DNA of 64,000 nucleotides. It comes from an uncultured bacterium (GTDB taxonomy: Bacteria > Omnitrophota > Omnitrophia > Omnitrophales > Abzuiibacteriaceae). The notes under the pieces were generated by a model. It did no database searches. It worked only from the letters and a program-made list of their open reading frames with translations, and was not told the DNA's origin. Shown piece after piece: positions 18,158-29,057 of the stretch. The position numbers and the translations under genes were made by a program. Each line of letters starts with the position of its first letter. Positions within the stretch are counted from its first letter, which is position 1. The stretch is taken from the NCBI GenBank assembly GCA_964387845.1, contig CAYLXA010000007.1, positions 1-64,000 on the forward strand. Direction: 5' to 3'.

Positions 18158-19921
18158 TTAAATCGTTACCGGCGGCAAAATCGGTTTGATAAATTCTTCC
18201 TGCGTCGCATAAAGTTCATGCCATGCCATCACAATTTTTTTCGCCAGTGACGCGGCCACCAAACCGCCGGAGCCGCCATGCTCAACGACGATCACAAGCG
18301 CAACCTGCGGCTTTTCGTACGGAAAAAAGCCGGCAAACCAGGCGTGCGAAAGCCTCGGTGGCGCTTGGGCTGTTCCGGTTTTAGCGGCCAGCCTCATGAA
18401 GTCAACGCGCGCCAGCTGCCCGGTGCCGTATTTTGATTCCGTCACTTTAAGCATGCCTTGCCGGATCGTTTTCAAAGTAGATACTTTAATCGGAATCGAT
18501 TCCAAATCTTCCGCCGGCGCATCCTGCTTGAGCAGCGTCGGTTTCACAATTTTACCGTCATTTGCGATAATAGACACTAACCTGAGAATTTGAAGTGGGG
18601 TTGTTTGTACATAACCCTGCCCGATTGCGAAAGTAATCGTTTCGCCTTCGTACCAATGCTGGCCGGGCTTGCTTTCTTTCCATTCGGCAGAAGGAATAAA
18701 ACCGTCAGAAGCCGGAATCTCAAGCTCTAACGGCTCTCCCAATCCAAGCAGATGCGAATATTTCGAAAGCGACTTCTCTCCGACAATCCGGCCAAGATTA
18801 TAAAAATAAACATTGCAGGAACGTTCAAGCGCGCCGAACAAATTAACACTGCCGTGGCCCAGAGCATCCCAGCATTTAAATCTCCTGGATCTTGCAGAGA
18901 GCCGGTAGTAACCCGGACAATTAAAAGTAGAATTCGGCGTGATTTTTCCCGTCTCAAGACCGGCGGCGGCCGTCACAAGCTTAAAGACCGAGCCGGGCGG
19001 GTATGCACTCATCACAGAACGGTTAATCAACGGCCGCCTTGAATTTTTCATTAACCTCACGCGGTCTCGATCGCGGCCCGGCTCGACAAACACATTCGGA
19101 TCATAACCCGGATTGCTGAGCATCGTCAGCATTTCCCCGGTCTGTAAATCCATCATCAGTACTGCGCCGGTCTTTTCCCCGAAAATCGGCAAGATTTTGG
19201 ACCCCAACTCAAGGTCAAGCGATAATTGAACATCCGAACCCGGTACCGGTTTTTTTTCGCTCAAAACACTCAATTGCTCGCCGCGGGCATTAACTTCGAT
19301 TTGTTTGCCGCCATCCTCACCTCTTAACATGGCGTCAAAACTTTTTTCGATTCCGATGCGGCCGATATCAGAATTAATCGCATATACATCCCGGTCAGCA
19401 TTCCGGTATTCAGTATCCGTAATTTTCCCGATGTAACCGATGACATGCGAGCTAATTTCATAAGCCGGATAATGGCGAACGCCTTGGACATCGATAAACA
19501 CGCCGGATAGAAGCGGGCTTTTTTCTTCTATTTGAATGGCGAGGTCTTTTCCGATATCTTTCTTGAGAATGACAGGTGTCAATGATTTCGAACGAACGGA
19601 AGATAATTGTTTCCGGATTTCGGATACGGGCAGATTAAGAAACTTACTCAAAACGGGCAAATCCTTTGGATCAAAATCTTCCGGAATAATCGAAACGTTA
19701 TAGGAAGTACGGCTCGTGGCAAACGGTTTTCCGTTCCGGTCCAAAATTTGGCCGCGCGGCGCCATGGTGCGGACAAGCCGGATACGGTTATGCTCACTTA
19801 CCCGGCGGTAATGACCGGTCCGGATCACTTGAATTTGAAACAGGCACACCAAAAGCAAAAACAGAAGCGTGTAAGCGGTAAATTTAAACAATTGGATTCT
19901 TTGCGTAATTGATTTCAGCAT
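18158..19921 (-). CDS. mrdA: penicillin-binding protein 2 (peptidoglycan D,D-transpeptidase MrdA)
   Basis: An N-terminal TM anchor and PBP dimerisation domain are present. The transpeptidase active-site motif is SVFK. Confidence 0.9.
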   Translation of the reverse strand: MLKSITQRIQLFKFTAYTLLFLLLVCLFQIQVIRTGHYRRVSEHNRIRLVRTMAPRGQILDRNGKPFATSRTSYNVSIIPEDFDPKDLPVLSKFLNLPVSEIRKQLSSVRSKSLTPVILKKDIGKDLAIQIEEKSPLLSGVFIDVQGVRHYPAYEISSHVIGYIGKITDTEYRNADRDVYAINSDIGRIGIEKSFDAMLRGEDGGKQIEVNARGEQLSVLSEKKPVPGSDVQLSLDLELGSKILPIFGEKTGAVLMMDLQTGEMLTMLSNPGYDPNVFVEPGRDRDRVRLMKNSRRPLINRSVMSAYPPGSVFKLVTAAAGLETGKITPNSTFNCPGYYRLSARSRRFKCWDALGHGSVNLFGALERSCNVYFYNLGRIVGEKSLSKYSHLLGLGEPLELEIPASDGFIPSAEWKESKPGQHWYEGETITFAIGQGYVQTTPLQILRLVSIIANDGKIVKPTLLKQDAPAEDLESIPIKVSTLKTIRQGMLKVTESKYGTGQLARVDFMRLAAKTGTAQAPPRLSHAWFAGFFPYEKPQVALVIVVEHGGSGGLVAASLAKKIVMAWHELYATQEEFIKPILPPVTI

Positions 19922-19936
19922 GAATGATGCTCTTGA

Positions 19937-20473
19937 TTAAAAAAGTTCATATTGTTTCGCCGGATCCAATCCAAAAAGCCGCCTTAACATAGGGAAAATA
20001 GCAACGGCTATCGCAGCCGTATAGATCGAGATCGACAAAACCTTTGGAAAAGCAGAGACAGCTTGGCTTGCTCCGCTATCTGCCATCATTAAAAGCACTG
20101 GAATAGCCAGTGCCGTAACCGAAAATAAGAAAACACCCAATAACGTGACAAAATAATCTCCGCGATTAAATTCCATTACCGCATACTGGAGCAGCAACGA
20201 ACTGCATACAAGCGACACAGTTTCTAAACCAAAAAAAGAATGACTTAAAAAATCGCGGCACAGCCCCAGGAAAAAGCCCATCCATACCACTTCCCGGTAA
20301 TCAATAGCAAACGCATAAAATGCGATCAAGAGCAAGATGAGATCCGGCGAGACCCCTTCAATCGAAATGGCCGGCACGAAAGCCATTTGCAGCCAAATCA
20401 CAAGGCCCGAGATCAGTAACGTCTTTCGCCGGAACGATTTCATTTCACAGGCCTCGCCTTCCGGTCTACGCAC
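19937..20473 (-). CDS. mreD: rod shape-determining protein MreD
   Basis: It is a small polytopic membrane protein immediately downstream of mreC. Confidence 0.6.
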   Translation of the reverse strand: MRRPEGEACEMKSFRRKTLLISGLVIWLQMAFVPAISIEGVSPDLILLLIAFYAFAIDYREVVWMGFFLGLCRDFLSHSFFGLETVSLVCSSLLLQYAVMEFNRGDYFVTLLGVFLFSVTALAIPVLLMMADSGASQAVSAFPKVLSISIYTAAIAVAIFPMLRRLFGLDPAKQYELF

Positions 20474-21246
20474 AAAACTTCTTCTAACTTCGAAAAATCG
20501 GTGATAGGTTTCACGACCGCATAGAGCCCTAAACGGTTCTGGTCTTCACCGATCTGCACAACGCTTCCAATCGGAATCCCCTTCGGATAAATTCCGCCAA
20601 GCCCGGATGTCACAACGGTTTGCCCGACCTGGATTTGTGCGTGAAGATCAATGTAAGTCATTTTGAGAAGCGGCGTGCCGTCACCTTCCACCAGCCCGAC
20701 ATCTCGGGTTTCTTGAATTAAAGCGCCTGCTTTTGATTCGCTGTCGATCAGCAAAATCACATTTGCTGCATGCGGCGTCACCTCAACAACTTTACCCATC
20801 AAACCTTCGCCGGCCAGCACCGGCATTTCTTCGTAAATTCCGTCTTTTGCCCCTTTATTGATGGTGATGTAATAAGACCAATGCGAGATATCGTGAGCAA
20901 TAACCTGAGCGGAAATAGTTTTGAAAGCATTTTCGCTTTGAAATTTAAGCAGGCGGCGCAATCTTTCATTTTCAAGCCGGGCTTCCTTTAAATCTGACAT
21001 CTGAAGCTTGAGCGACTCAATCGCTTCCCGAAGTTCTTCGTTTTCAGCCTGCGCTTTTAATGCTTCTTTGAGAAAACGCCACTTAGAACGGACGAAATCA
21101 CCTGTTTGATGAGCAGCATTCAGGAAAGGTTGCGTAACAGAGGTAGAAAGTTGGCGGCCAAATTCAACGCCTTGCGGAAAATATGCGCCGAGAAAAAAGG
21201 GGACTAAAATCAGGGATAGGACCAAAACAGCTTGCTTTAAACGCAC
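20440..21246 (-). CDS. mreC: rod shape-determining protein MreC
   Basis: It has an N-terminal TM segment and coiled coil, then a C-terminal beta-barrel domain. It lies between mreB and mreD. Confidence 0.85.
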   Translation of the reverse strand: MRLKQAVLVLSLILVPFFLGAYFPQGVEFGRQLSTSVTQPFLNAAHQTGDFVRSKWRFLKEALKAQAENEELREAIESLKLQMSDLKEARLENERLRRLLKFQSENAFKTISAQVIAHDISHWSYYITINKGAKDGIYEEMPVLAGEGLMGKVVEVTPHAANVILLIDSESKAGALIQETRDVGLVEGDGTPLLKMTYIDLHAQIQVGQTVVTSGLGGIYPKGIPIGSVVQIGEDQNRLGLYAVVKPITDFSKLEEVLCVDRKARPVK

Positions 21247-21271
21247 CGAATCCCCCTACCGCTAGAGAGTA

Positions 21272-22360
<1,089 letters not shown>

Positions 22361-22420
22361 TCAATAAGTAGTGCAATTTAGGGAGTATAACGGACGCGCA
22401 ATTATCTGTCAACGAAAGAC

Positions 22421-23716
22421 TTACATCACAGACAGCGACGATAAATCCTTAAAAAAACCGGGATAAGAAGTATTCACACATTCCACATCATCAACCTCAA
22501 TCCCCTTTTCTGATCGAAGCCCCGCAATAATAAAACTCATTGCGGTCCTGTGATCCGCAAAACTGACAATCCTGCCTCCTTGAATTGCTTTCATCCCCTC
22601 AATCACGCAGCCGTCCTCAAGCTCTTTCGCAGAACCGCCGACTGCGTTAATGCCTTCCGCCATTGATTTAATACGGTCAGTTTCTTTAACCCGCAGCTCA
22701 CGCGCTCCCCTGATTTCACTCGTGCCTTCCGCAAACATGCAGGCAACCATTAGAATCGGAAGTTCGTCAATCAGCCGCGGCACGATTTCTTCGCTGATTT
22801 TGACGGCCCGCAGCTTGGAACTTTGAACGCGAATTTCGCCGGCGGGATCTTTGTGATCGTTTGTGATTTTAAATTCGATATTGGCGCCCATTTTTCTCAA
22901 AACTTCCAGAATTCCGATCCGTGTCGGATTCAAGCCTACGTTTTGAACGGTCAGGTCAGAATTTGGAAGAATGCAGGCCGCAACAATAAAAAAAGCAGCC
23001 GAAGAAATATCGCCCGGAATCATCATGGTAACCGGGTTAAGGCTTTTAATTTTTTTCACGGAAATAAGATTTCCTTTGATTTGAATCGGAACGCCGAAAG
23101 ACTGAAACATTTTTTCCGTATGGTCCCGCGAAAGATTTGGTTCTTCGACAATCGTTTCACTTTCCGCATAAAGACCCGCAAGCAAAAGAGCGGATTTCAC
23201 CTGCGCACTCGCGGGCACATTCAAATGCCGGATGGATTTTAATCGTCCGCCGCGAACGGTAAGCGGCGCAAAATTTGCATCGTCACGGCCTGAAATCTGT
23301 GCGCCCATTTTTCGTAATGGATCTGTGACACGCTTCATCGGCCTTGAGGAAAGCGACGGATCACCCGTTAAAACAGCTTCAAAATTTTGCCCTGCAAGAA
23401 TTCCCAAAAACAAACGCATGCTTGTACCCGAATTCCCGAGGTAAAGTTCTCCCGATGGTTTTGTGAGGCCGTACAGACCCTTCCCTTCGACAGACACATT
23501 TTCTTGCTGCCTAATAATGGAAATCCCCATTTTTTGAAAAGCACCTATCGTGGCAAGACAGTCTTCGGCAGCCAAAAAATTTGCGAAGTGACTTTGTCCG
23601 CTTGCAAGCGACGCAAGCATTACAGCCCGGTGGGAAATGGATTTATCGCCCGGCGGGTTCAATGTTCCCTGGATGCTTGACGCGGGTTTTGAGAAGAATG
23701 ATTTCATGCGAACCAA
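22421..23716 (-). CDS. aroA: 3-phosphoshikimate 1-carboxyvinyltransferase (EPSP synthase)
   Basis: The N-terminal motif is LNPPGDKSISHRAVMLASLA. Confidence 0.9.
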   Translation of the reverse strand: MVRMKSFFSKPASSIQGTLNPPGDKSISHRAVMLASLASGQSHFANFLAAEDCLATIGAFQKMGISIIRQQENVSVEGKGLYGLTKPSGELYLGNSGTSMRLFLGILAGQNFEAVLTGDPSLSSRPMKRVTDPLRKMGAQISGRDDANFAPLTVRGGRLKSIRHLNVPASAQVKSALLLAGLYAESETIVEEPNLSRDHTEKMFQSFGVPIQIKGNLISVKKIKSLNPVTMMIPGDISSAAFFIVAACILPNSDLTVQNVGLNPTRIGILEVLRKMGANIEFKITNDHKDPAGEIRVQSSKLRAVKISEEIVPRLIDELPILMVACMFAEGTSEIRGARELRVKETDRIKSMAEGINAVGGSAKELEDGCVIEGMKAIQGGRIVSFADHRTAMSFIIAGLRSEKGIEVDDVECVNTSYPGFFKDLSSLSVM

Positions 23717-23962
23717 TTACCGGCGGCGGATCCATACGCCGAGCGTTTCAAGCTCGGATAAAATTTCAGACTGTTTGGCATTCAACTTGGCTTGATTGTC
23801 TTGAACAGCCCGGATTCTTTTTTCAATCGATGCCAAACGCGCTTCCACTTTTGTTTCGGCGAGCCGAACCTCATTACTTTCTTCATGTTCGCTGGGAGCA
23901 GCCATCAAAATCGGCATCGCTGCAAGCGCAATCACGACAAATAAGAAGCTGATACGTTTCAT
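23717..23962 (-). CDS. small secreted coiled-coil protein (paralogue 1)
   Basis: A signal peptide precedes a roughly 50-aa heptad-repeat region. The C-terminus ILSELETLGVWIRRR is shared with the neighbouring paralogue. Confidence 0.4.
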   Translation of the reverse strand: MKRISFLFVVIALAAMPILMAAPSEHEESNEVRLAETKVEARLASIEKRIRAVQDNQAKLNAKQSEILSELETLGVWIRRR

Positions 23963-23978
23963 GACATCGCTTTTTTTA

Positions 23979-24218
23979 TTAGTTCCGGTGCGCCCATACT
24001 TTGAGTGTTTTGATTTTTTCTAGAATGACGTCTTGCTCCGCTTGCGCGGTTTTCTGTAAATTCTCGATTTGCTGCAGTTTAGTTTCTGCTTGCTTGAGCC
24101 GTGCATCCAAATTCTTCACATCTGAAAAACCGGCTGCCGGAAAATAAAAGAGGGCGGAAATAAAAATAGAAAATGCGATACCGTAAGAAATGTAGGCTGG
24201 ATTTTTATTAACCATCAT
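23979..24218 (-). CDS. small secreted coiled-coil protein (paralogue 2)
   Basis: The C-terminal QKTAQAEQDVILEKIKTLKVWAHRN aligns with QAKLNAKQSEILSELETLGVWIRRR of the adjacent gene. Confidence 0.4.
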   Translation of the reverse strand: MMVNKNPAYISYGIAFSIFISALFYFPAAGFSDVKNLDARLKQAETKLQQIENLQKTAQAEQDVILEKIKTLKVWAHRN

Positions 24219-24374
24219 TGGAAAGCCCGATCAAGCCGGAGTTAGTGACCAATATATTTCCAGAGCTCTATACCCTGAAGCACCGCGATAGCAGACACAG
24301 CCAACAAAGCAAAAGCCAAAACCACGTTCGTCAACACACTTCCACGGCACGTGCGATCATGCTTGCTATTCAAA

Positions 24375-25205
24375 TCAAGTACGCGTAACAAGGTTTCCCT
24401 CTTTGAGCAGCAAACGGTTTCCGACCACGTCCGTAATTTTGGCGGCGGAATAATCATCGTAGAGTTTTTCAACTTGAACCTTAACGACTTTTTCCCCATT
24501 TTCCGTTATCAGGAAAGAGTCGCCGATCTGAAGCCCTTGTTTAGAGCCCATGTTGATAATAACAAAATTAAACTTTTGGTTGACTAAAAGAACGCGGCCT
24601 GCCTGCAATGATTCGGAAACAACTTGACTGAGATTGGTTTCAAGCTGAAACGCTGAATTTGCAGGATCTCCGGAAGATCTGCTCGGCGCAAGCTCCATTA
24701 CCTTAGACTGATCCGCTGTTTCAACCGTGATGGTATCGGACGATGCCGGCGAAAAACTACTGACATCCCAAGAAGACGCGCCTCCCGCGCCCTGCATTTC
24801 TTTTAAACGTTCTTCAAACTTATTTAATGTCTCTTCCAGCTCGCGGTTTCTATCTTCCGTCATCTGAACGGCCTTTTTCAGCTCTTTCATTTCACCCGTT
24901 TGTGAATCCAACGTCTTTTGAGATTCCGCCAATTCGCGACGCGCATCATCCGCATCAGCACGCGCCTCGTTAAGGTCACTTACAGCATCTCTGTATTTAG
25001 CATCCAAATCATCGGCGCGAGCTTGGAGTTGCTGTTTGTCGGCCTCGAGAGTTCCAATCTGGTTTTCAAGCTCTACATTGATTTGCTCCAGCTGAATCCG
25101 CTTGGCTTTTTCATTTTCACGGACAGAAAAGAGGACAACGGTAAGCGCAAAAGCAACTAAACTAAGAAGGAATAACAACACGATGCTGAATTTTGTAAAT
25201 TTCAT
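24375..25205 (-). CDS. membrane-anchored coiled-coil protein with C-terminal beta domain
   Basis: An N-terminal TM segment (FSIVLLFLLSLVAFALTVVLF) is followed by a long coiled coil. The C-terminal region is LLVNQKFNFVIINMGSKQGLQIGDSFLI...VKVQVEKLYDDYSAAKI. Confidence 0.4.
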   Translation of the reverse strand: MKFTKFSIVLLFLLSLVAFALTVVLFSVRENEKAKRIQLEQINVELENQIGTLEADKQQLQARADDLDAKYRDAVSDLNEARADADDARRELAESQKTLDSQTGEMKELKKAVQMTEDRNRELEETLNKFEERLKEMQGAGGASSWDVSSFSPASSDTITVETADQSKVMELAPSRSSGDPANSAFQLETNLSQVVSESLQAGRVLLVNQKFNFVIINMGSKQGLQIGDSFLITENGEKVVKVQVEKLYDDYSAAKITDVVGNRLLLKEGNLVTRT

Positions 25206-25263
25206 AAGTCCGCTTTAAGTTTGGTTTATGATATCAAGGGTTTTGTGATTTGAAAAGAAGCTT

Positions 25264-25719
25264 TTATTCTTTCTTTAAAAGCCCCTGCAATTCTTTCATA
25301 AATTGATTGATGTCTTTAAATTGGCGATAGACAGAGGCAAACCGAACATAAGCAACCTGGTCCAACTTTGCCATTTTATCCATCACAAATTCACCGATCA
25401 CGTACGACGGTACTTCTTTTTCATATTTTTCCTCGAGCATCCGTTCAAGCTCTGTCACAATTTGGTCCTGAGCTTCCGTGGAAACCGGCCGTTTCTCAAA
25501 CGCACGGTGAATGCCTGAAACTACTTTTTTACGGTCGTACAATTCTCTTCTTTGATCTTTCTTAATTACAAAAAGCGGAACCTGTTCGATTTGTTCGTAT
25601 GTCGTATACCGGCGATTGCACTGTGTACACTCGCGGCGGCGGCGGATGAGAAGCCCGTCGTTGGTGGCGCGAGAATCGATTACTTTATCATCTTCGTGTT
25701 TGCAGTAAGGGCAGCGCAT
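25264..25719 (-). CDS. nrdR: transcriptional repressor NrdR
   Basis: It has the zinc ribbon MRCPYCKHEDDKVIDSRATNDGLLIRRRRECTQCNRRYTT followed by an ATP-cone. Confidence 0.9.
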   Translation of the reverse strand: MRCPYCKHEDDKVIDSRATNDGLLIRRRRECTQCNRRYTTYEQIEQVPLFVIKKDQRRELYDRKKVVSGIHRAFEKRPVSTEAQDQIVTELERMLEEKYEKEVPSYVIGEFVMDKMAKLDQVAYVRFASVYRQFKDINQFMKELQGLLKKE

Positions 25720-25730
25720 AAAATGTTTGC

Positions 25731-26999
25731 CTAATCAAATAATCCCGGATAAAGCGGAAATCGCTCGGTCAAATCCTGCACAACATTCCGGACGGCGTTC
25801 AAATTGTTTTCATCTTTGGGTGCGGCGAGGGCTCGATCAATACACTTCGCAATCTCGGCCATTTCCGCTTCTTTCATGCCGCGCGTCGTAACCGCCGGTG
25901 TTCCGAGGCGGATACCCGATGCGTTAAACGCTGTTTCTTTATCAAACGGGATCATATTTTTGTTCGCCGTAATTCTCACTTCATCGAGGAGATGCTGAAC
26001 TTCCTTGCCCGTAAACCCTTTTGACTTCACATCGACAAGCATCAAATGAGTATCCGTTCCGCCCGAAACGATTCGGAATCCGTTAGCCGCCAAGGTAGAA
26101 GCAAGTTTTTTGGCATTCAACGCAATTTGGCGCTGATATTCTTTGAATTCCTCAGAAAGCGCTTCCTTAAACGCAACGGCTTTTGCGGCAATGATGTGCA
26201 TGAGCGGGCCGCCCTGCACGCCCGGAAACACGGCAGAATCAATCGCTTTGGCGTGCTGTGCCCTTGATAAAATCATCCCGCTTCTGGGGCCGCGAAGGGT
26301 TTTATGGGTCGTTGTCGTTACGATATCGGCATACGGAACCGGATTGGGATGAACTCCCGCTACAACGAGCCCCGCAAAGTGCGCCATGTCGACCATCAAG
26401 AGAGCGCCGACTTGGTCGGCAATCATGCGGCCTCGTTTAAAATCAATTGTTCGCGGATAAGCCGAACCACCGAGTAAAATCAGTTTGGGTTTATGAGTTT
26501 TGGCGAGGGTTTCTAATTCATCATAATCAATCTGTTCTGTTTTTGGGCTTACGCCATAGGGAATAATTTCGAAATATTTTCCCGAAAAATTCATTTTGTG
26601 GCCGTGCGTTAAATGCCCGCCGTGCGCCAAATTCATTGCCAAAATTTTGTCGCCGGGATTTAAAAGCGCCATAAACACGGCGATATTGGCGCTCGTACCC
26701 GAATGCGGCTGAACGTTGGCATGCTCGGCACCAAAGAGCTGCTTCGCGCGGTCGATGGCAAGCTGTTCAATAACGTCGACGTGCTCGCAGCCGCCGTACC
26801 AACGCTTGCCGGGATAACCTTCCGCATATTTGTTCGTCAAAATGGAGCCCTGCGCTTCGAGAACTGCGGTTGAGACAAAATTTTCGCTGGCGATCAACTC
26901 GAGATTGTCGTTTTGGCGTTTCCATTCGCGCTTAATAGCTTCAAAAACCTCCGGATCAGTTTCGCGCAGCAGGCTCACCGCTTGTTCACTCTTTCGCAT
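25731..26999 (-). CDS. glyA: serine hydroxymethyltransferase
   Basis: It is an SHMT throughout. I chose the start at the internal ATG 26999 (MRKSEQAV...) with an AGAAAGGGA RBS. This removes the overlap with rpiB. Confidence 0.9.
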   Translation of the reverse strand: MRKSEQAVSLLRETDPEVFEAIKREWKRQNDNLELIASENFVSTAVLEAQGSILTNKYAEGYPGKRWYGGCEHVDVIEQLAIDRAKQLFGAEHANVQPHSGTSANIAVFMALLNPGDKILAMNLAHGGHLTHGHKMNFSGKYFEIIPYGVSPKTEQIDYDELETLAKTHKPKLILLGGSAYPRTIDFKRGRMIADQVGALLMVDMAHFAGLVVAGVHPNPVPYADIVTTTTHKTLRGPRSGMILSRAQHAKAIDSAVFPGVQGGPLMHIIAAKAVAFKEALSEEFKEYQRQIALNAKKLASTLAANGFRIVSGGTDTHLMLVDVKSKGFTGKEVQHLLDEVRITANKNMIPFDKETAFNASGIRLGTPAVTTRGMKEAEMAEIAKCIDRALAAPKDENNLNAVRNVVQDLTERFPLYPGLFD

Positions 27000-27012
27000 G
27001 AAATTCCCTTTC

Positions 27013-27465
27013 TTAATGTTTTTGTTCATAAGTTGATATTTTCCCGACTCGTTTTTCATGGCGTCCACCTTCAAATGGCGTGTCTAACCAGACAGTTGTA
27101 ATTTTTTTTGCCAAATCGGCGGAAATAACGGCTGCACCGAGCGCCAAGACATTGGCATCATTGTGCTGCCTGGAAGCTTTTGCAGATTCTAAATCGTGGC
27201 AAAGCGCCGCTCGAATTCCTTTTACTTTGTTGGCTGAGATCGACATACCGATGCCGGAATTACAAATCACGATACCGCGGTCGGCCTGCCCTTTTGCTAC
27301 CGCTTCCGCAGCTTTAATCGCAAAATCGGGATAATCGACAGAGTCTTCGGATTGCGCGCCAAAGTCCAGGACCTCATAACCGTTTTTTTTCAGTTCATCG
27401 CTCAGGATCTTCTTGAGCGGAACGCCGCGATGATCCGCGCCGATTGAAATCTTCCCCTTGCTCAT
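27013..27465 (-). CDS. rpiB: ribose-5-phosphate isomerase B
   Basis: The N-terminal motif is [17 protein letters not shown]. The start ATG at 27465 overlaps the upstream stop as ATGA. Confidence 0.85.
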   Translation of the reverse strand: MSKGKISIGADHRGVPLKKILSDELKKNGYEVLDFGAQSEDSVDYPDFAIKAAEAVAKGQADRGIVICNSGIGMSISANKVKGIRAALCHDLESAKASRQHNDANVLALGAAVISADLAKKITTVWLDTPFEGGRHEKRVGKISTYEQKH

Positions 27466-28517
27466 TCCGCAACCTCTTTCCAATGCTGCATGATTTTTTC
27501 TTTGATCATCCGGTAAGTTTTTTCATAAACCTGAATACTCATGCCAACCGGATCCTCGATTTGCAAATTAAAAATTTTCGCTTTTGTGTCCGGGCAAAGC
27601 TCGCGTAAATATTGCGCATGCTCATCATTCATTGCAAAAATAATGTCGGCTTCCATGACTTCATCTCGCCGAACCGCATGCGACTTAAAATTGTCCACGC
27701 TCACTTCATCATTGCGCAAAACCAAAAGCGTTTCGGAGCTGGCCGCTCCGCCTTCGCGCGCCATGGTTCCGCTTGAAGTCACTTCAATTTGTTTATCGAG
27801 CCCGCGCTTTTTCAGCTCTGCCCTGATCCAAGCTTCCGCCATCGGCGAGCGACAGGTATTGCCCGTGCATACAATTAAAATTCTCTTACGCGGAATTTCG
27901 TTTTTCATAATTTGATCAATCGCTTTCTCAACCTCGCTTGCGAGTGCGCCGCGCCGTTCGATTTTAGGCGGCGAGACCGTTAAATTCACAACGGTCGAAT
28001 CTTCCGAATATGCCGTTTTGCCGCCGTCGATAATAATATCAATCTGCCCGCCCAGATCCTCCGCAACATTATCCGCTGATTTGGGCGACGGCTTTCCGCT
28101 TAAATTGGCACTCGTCGCCAAAAACGGCTCTCCGCATGCATTGATGAGCGCCGTAGCAATGGCATTCTTCGGAAACCGGATCCCGATTTTTTGCTCCTGG
28201 TCATTCCAAACCACGAAAGTAACGGGGCCCGGTAAAAATTTATTTTTCAAAAAACGAAATGCGGGCGACACTTTCACGCCCAACTTTTCAAATGCACTGA
28301 AATCGCCGATGTGATACGCCATCGGCTTTGCCCCGTCACGCCCCTTGAGCGTATAAATCCGCTCAATCGTCTGAGTCTGGCTCATTCCGGCGCCGATGCC
28401 ATAAACGGTTTCAGTCGGAAACGCCACGATTTTTCCGCTTGTCACGGCCGCTGCCAACTGCTTAATCTGCTCCGGATCAGGCCTCGACGAATTGAGCTTG
28501 ACGACGGTCGTTTTCAT
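27462..28517 (-). CDS. L-threonylcarbamoyladenylate synthase (YrdC/Sua5 domain) fused to a low-molecular-weight protein phosphatase domain
   Basis: The N-terminal YrdC motif is KIVAFPTETVYGIGAG. The C-terminal LMW-PTP P-loop is ILIVCTGNTCRSPMAE, with the general acid IEDPVG. Confidence 0.75.
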   Translation of the reverse strand: MKTTVVKLNSSRPDPEQIKQLAAAVTSGKIVAFPTETVYGIGAGMSQTQTIERIYTLKGRDGAKPMAYHIGDFSAFEKLGVKVSPAFRFLKNKFLPGPVTFVVWNDQEQKIGIRFPKNAIATALINACGEPFLATSANLSGKPSPKSADNVAEDLGGQIDIIIDGGKTAYSEDSTVVNLTVSPPKIERRGALASEVEKAIDQIMKNEIPRKRILIVCTGNTCRSPMAEAWIRAELKKRGLDKQIEVTSSGTMAREGGAASSETLLVLRNDEVSVDNFKSHAVRRDEVMEADIIFAMNDEHAQYLRELCPDTKAKIFNLQIEDPVGMSIQVYEKTYRMIKEKIMQHWKEVAE

Positions 28518-29026
28518 TAATGCTTACTTGCGTGCAAAGCCTTGTTCTTTTCTTGGATCTTTTTTACAAGCGATTGTTTATGCTCGAGCAATTTTTGCTC
28601 GAGACTCGAATCACTCAATGCTAAAATTTGAACCGCCAAATATCCGGCGTTCTGCGCACCTGCTTTTCCGATCGCAACGGTTGCGACAGGCACCGTGGCG
28701 GGCATTTGAACCGTCGCTAAAAGTGAATCGAGGCCTTTTAAGGGCGATGAATCGATCGGAATACCGATCACAGGCAATGTTGTATTGGCCGCAATAGCGC
28801 CCGCCAAATGCGCGGCGCTGCCTGCGCCAGCCACAAAAATTTTAATCCCGCGCCCCTTTGCCGATTTAACATGTTCATGAACCAACTCCGGAGTTCGGTG
28901 AGCGGACAAAACGTTCATTTCATAACCAACTCCAAAGCTCTCCAAAACTTTGCCGGTTTCATTCATGACATCCAGATCCGAATCGCTGCCCATTAAAATC
29001 GAAATTTTCACATTGTTCGCTGTCAT
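28517..29026 (-). CDS. purE: N5-carboxyaminoimidazole ribonucleotide mutase
   Basis: PurE motifs are present: ISILMGSDSDL, FVAGAGSAAHLAG. Confidence 0.9.
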   Translation of the reverse strand: MTANNVKISILMGSDSDLDVMNETGKVLESFGVGYEMNVLSAHRTPELVHEHVKSAKGRGIKIFVAGAGSAAHLAGAIAANTTLPVIGIPIDSSPLKGLDSLLATVQMPATVPVATVAIGKAGAQNAGYLAVQILALSDSSLEQKLLEHKQSLVKKIQEKNKALHASKH

Positions 29027-29057
29027 AATTCCCTCGCTTTAATTTTATTGAAAACGC

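Noticed and set aside
24242-24499. An 85-aa ORF between the small coiled-coil genes and the 276-aa membrane protein.
   Set aside because: It overlaps the 3' end of the 24375..25205 gene in another frame. It has no signal peptide or coiled coil, unlike the real neighbours. It is probably just a 156-bp intergenic/promoter region.
25731-27074. A long 25-aa N-terminal extension on GlyA, and similar 5' extensions on ppk1, ppx, rpiB, the EVE gene and SixA in the ORF track.
   Set aside because: The track extends each ORF to the most upstream start, including GTG/TTG. Internal ATGs with an RBS remove the gene overlaps and match the conserved N-termini, so the true starts are probably the shorter ones.
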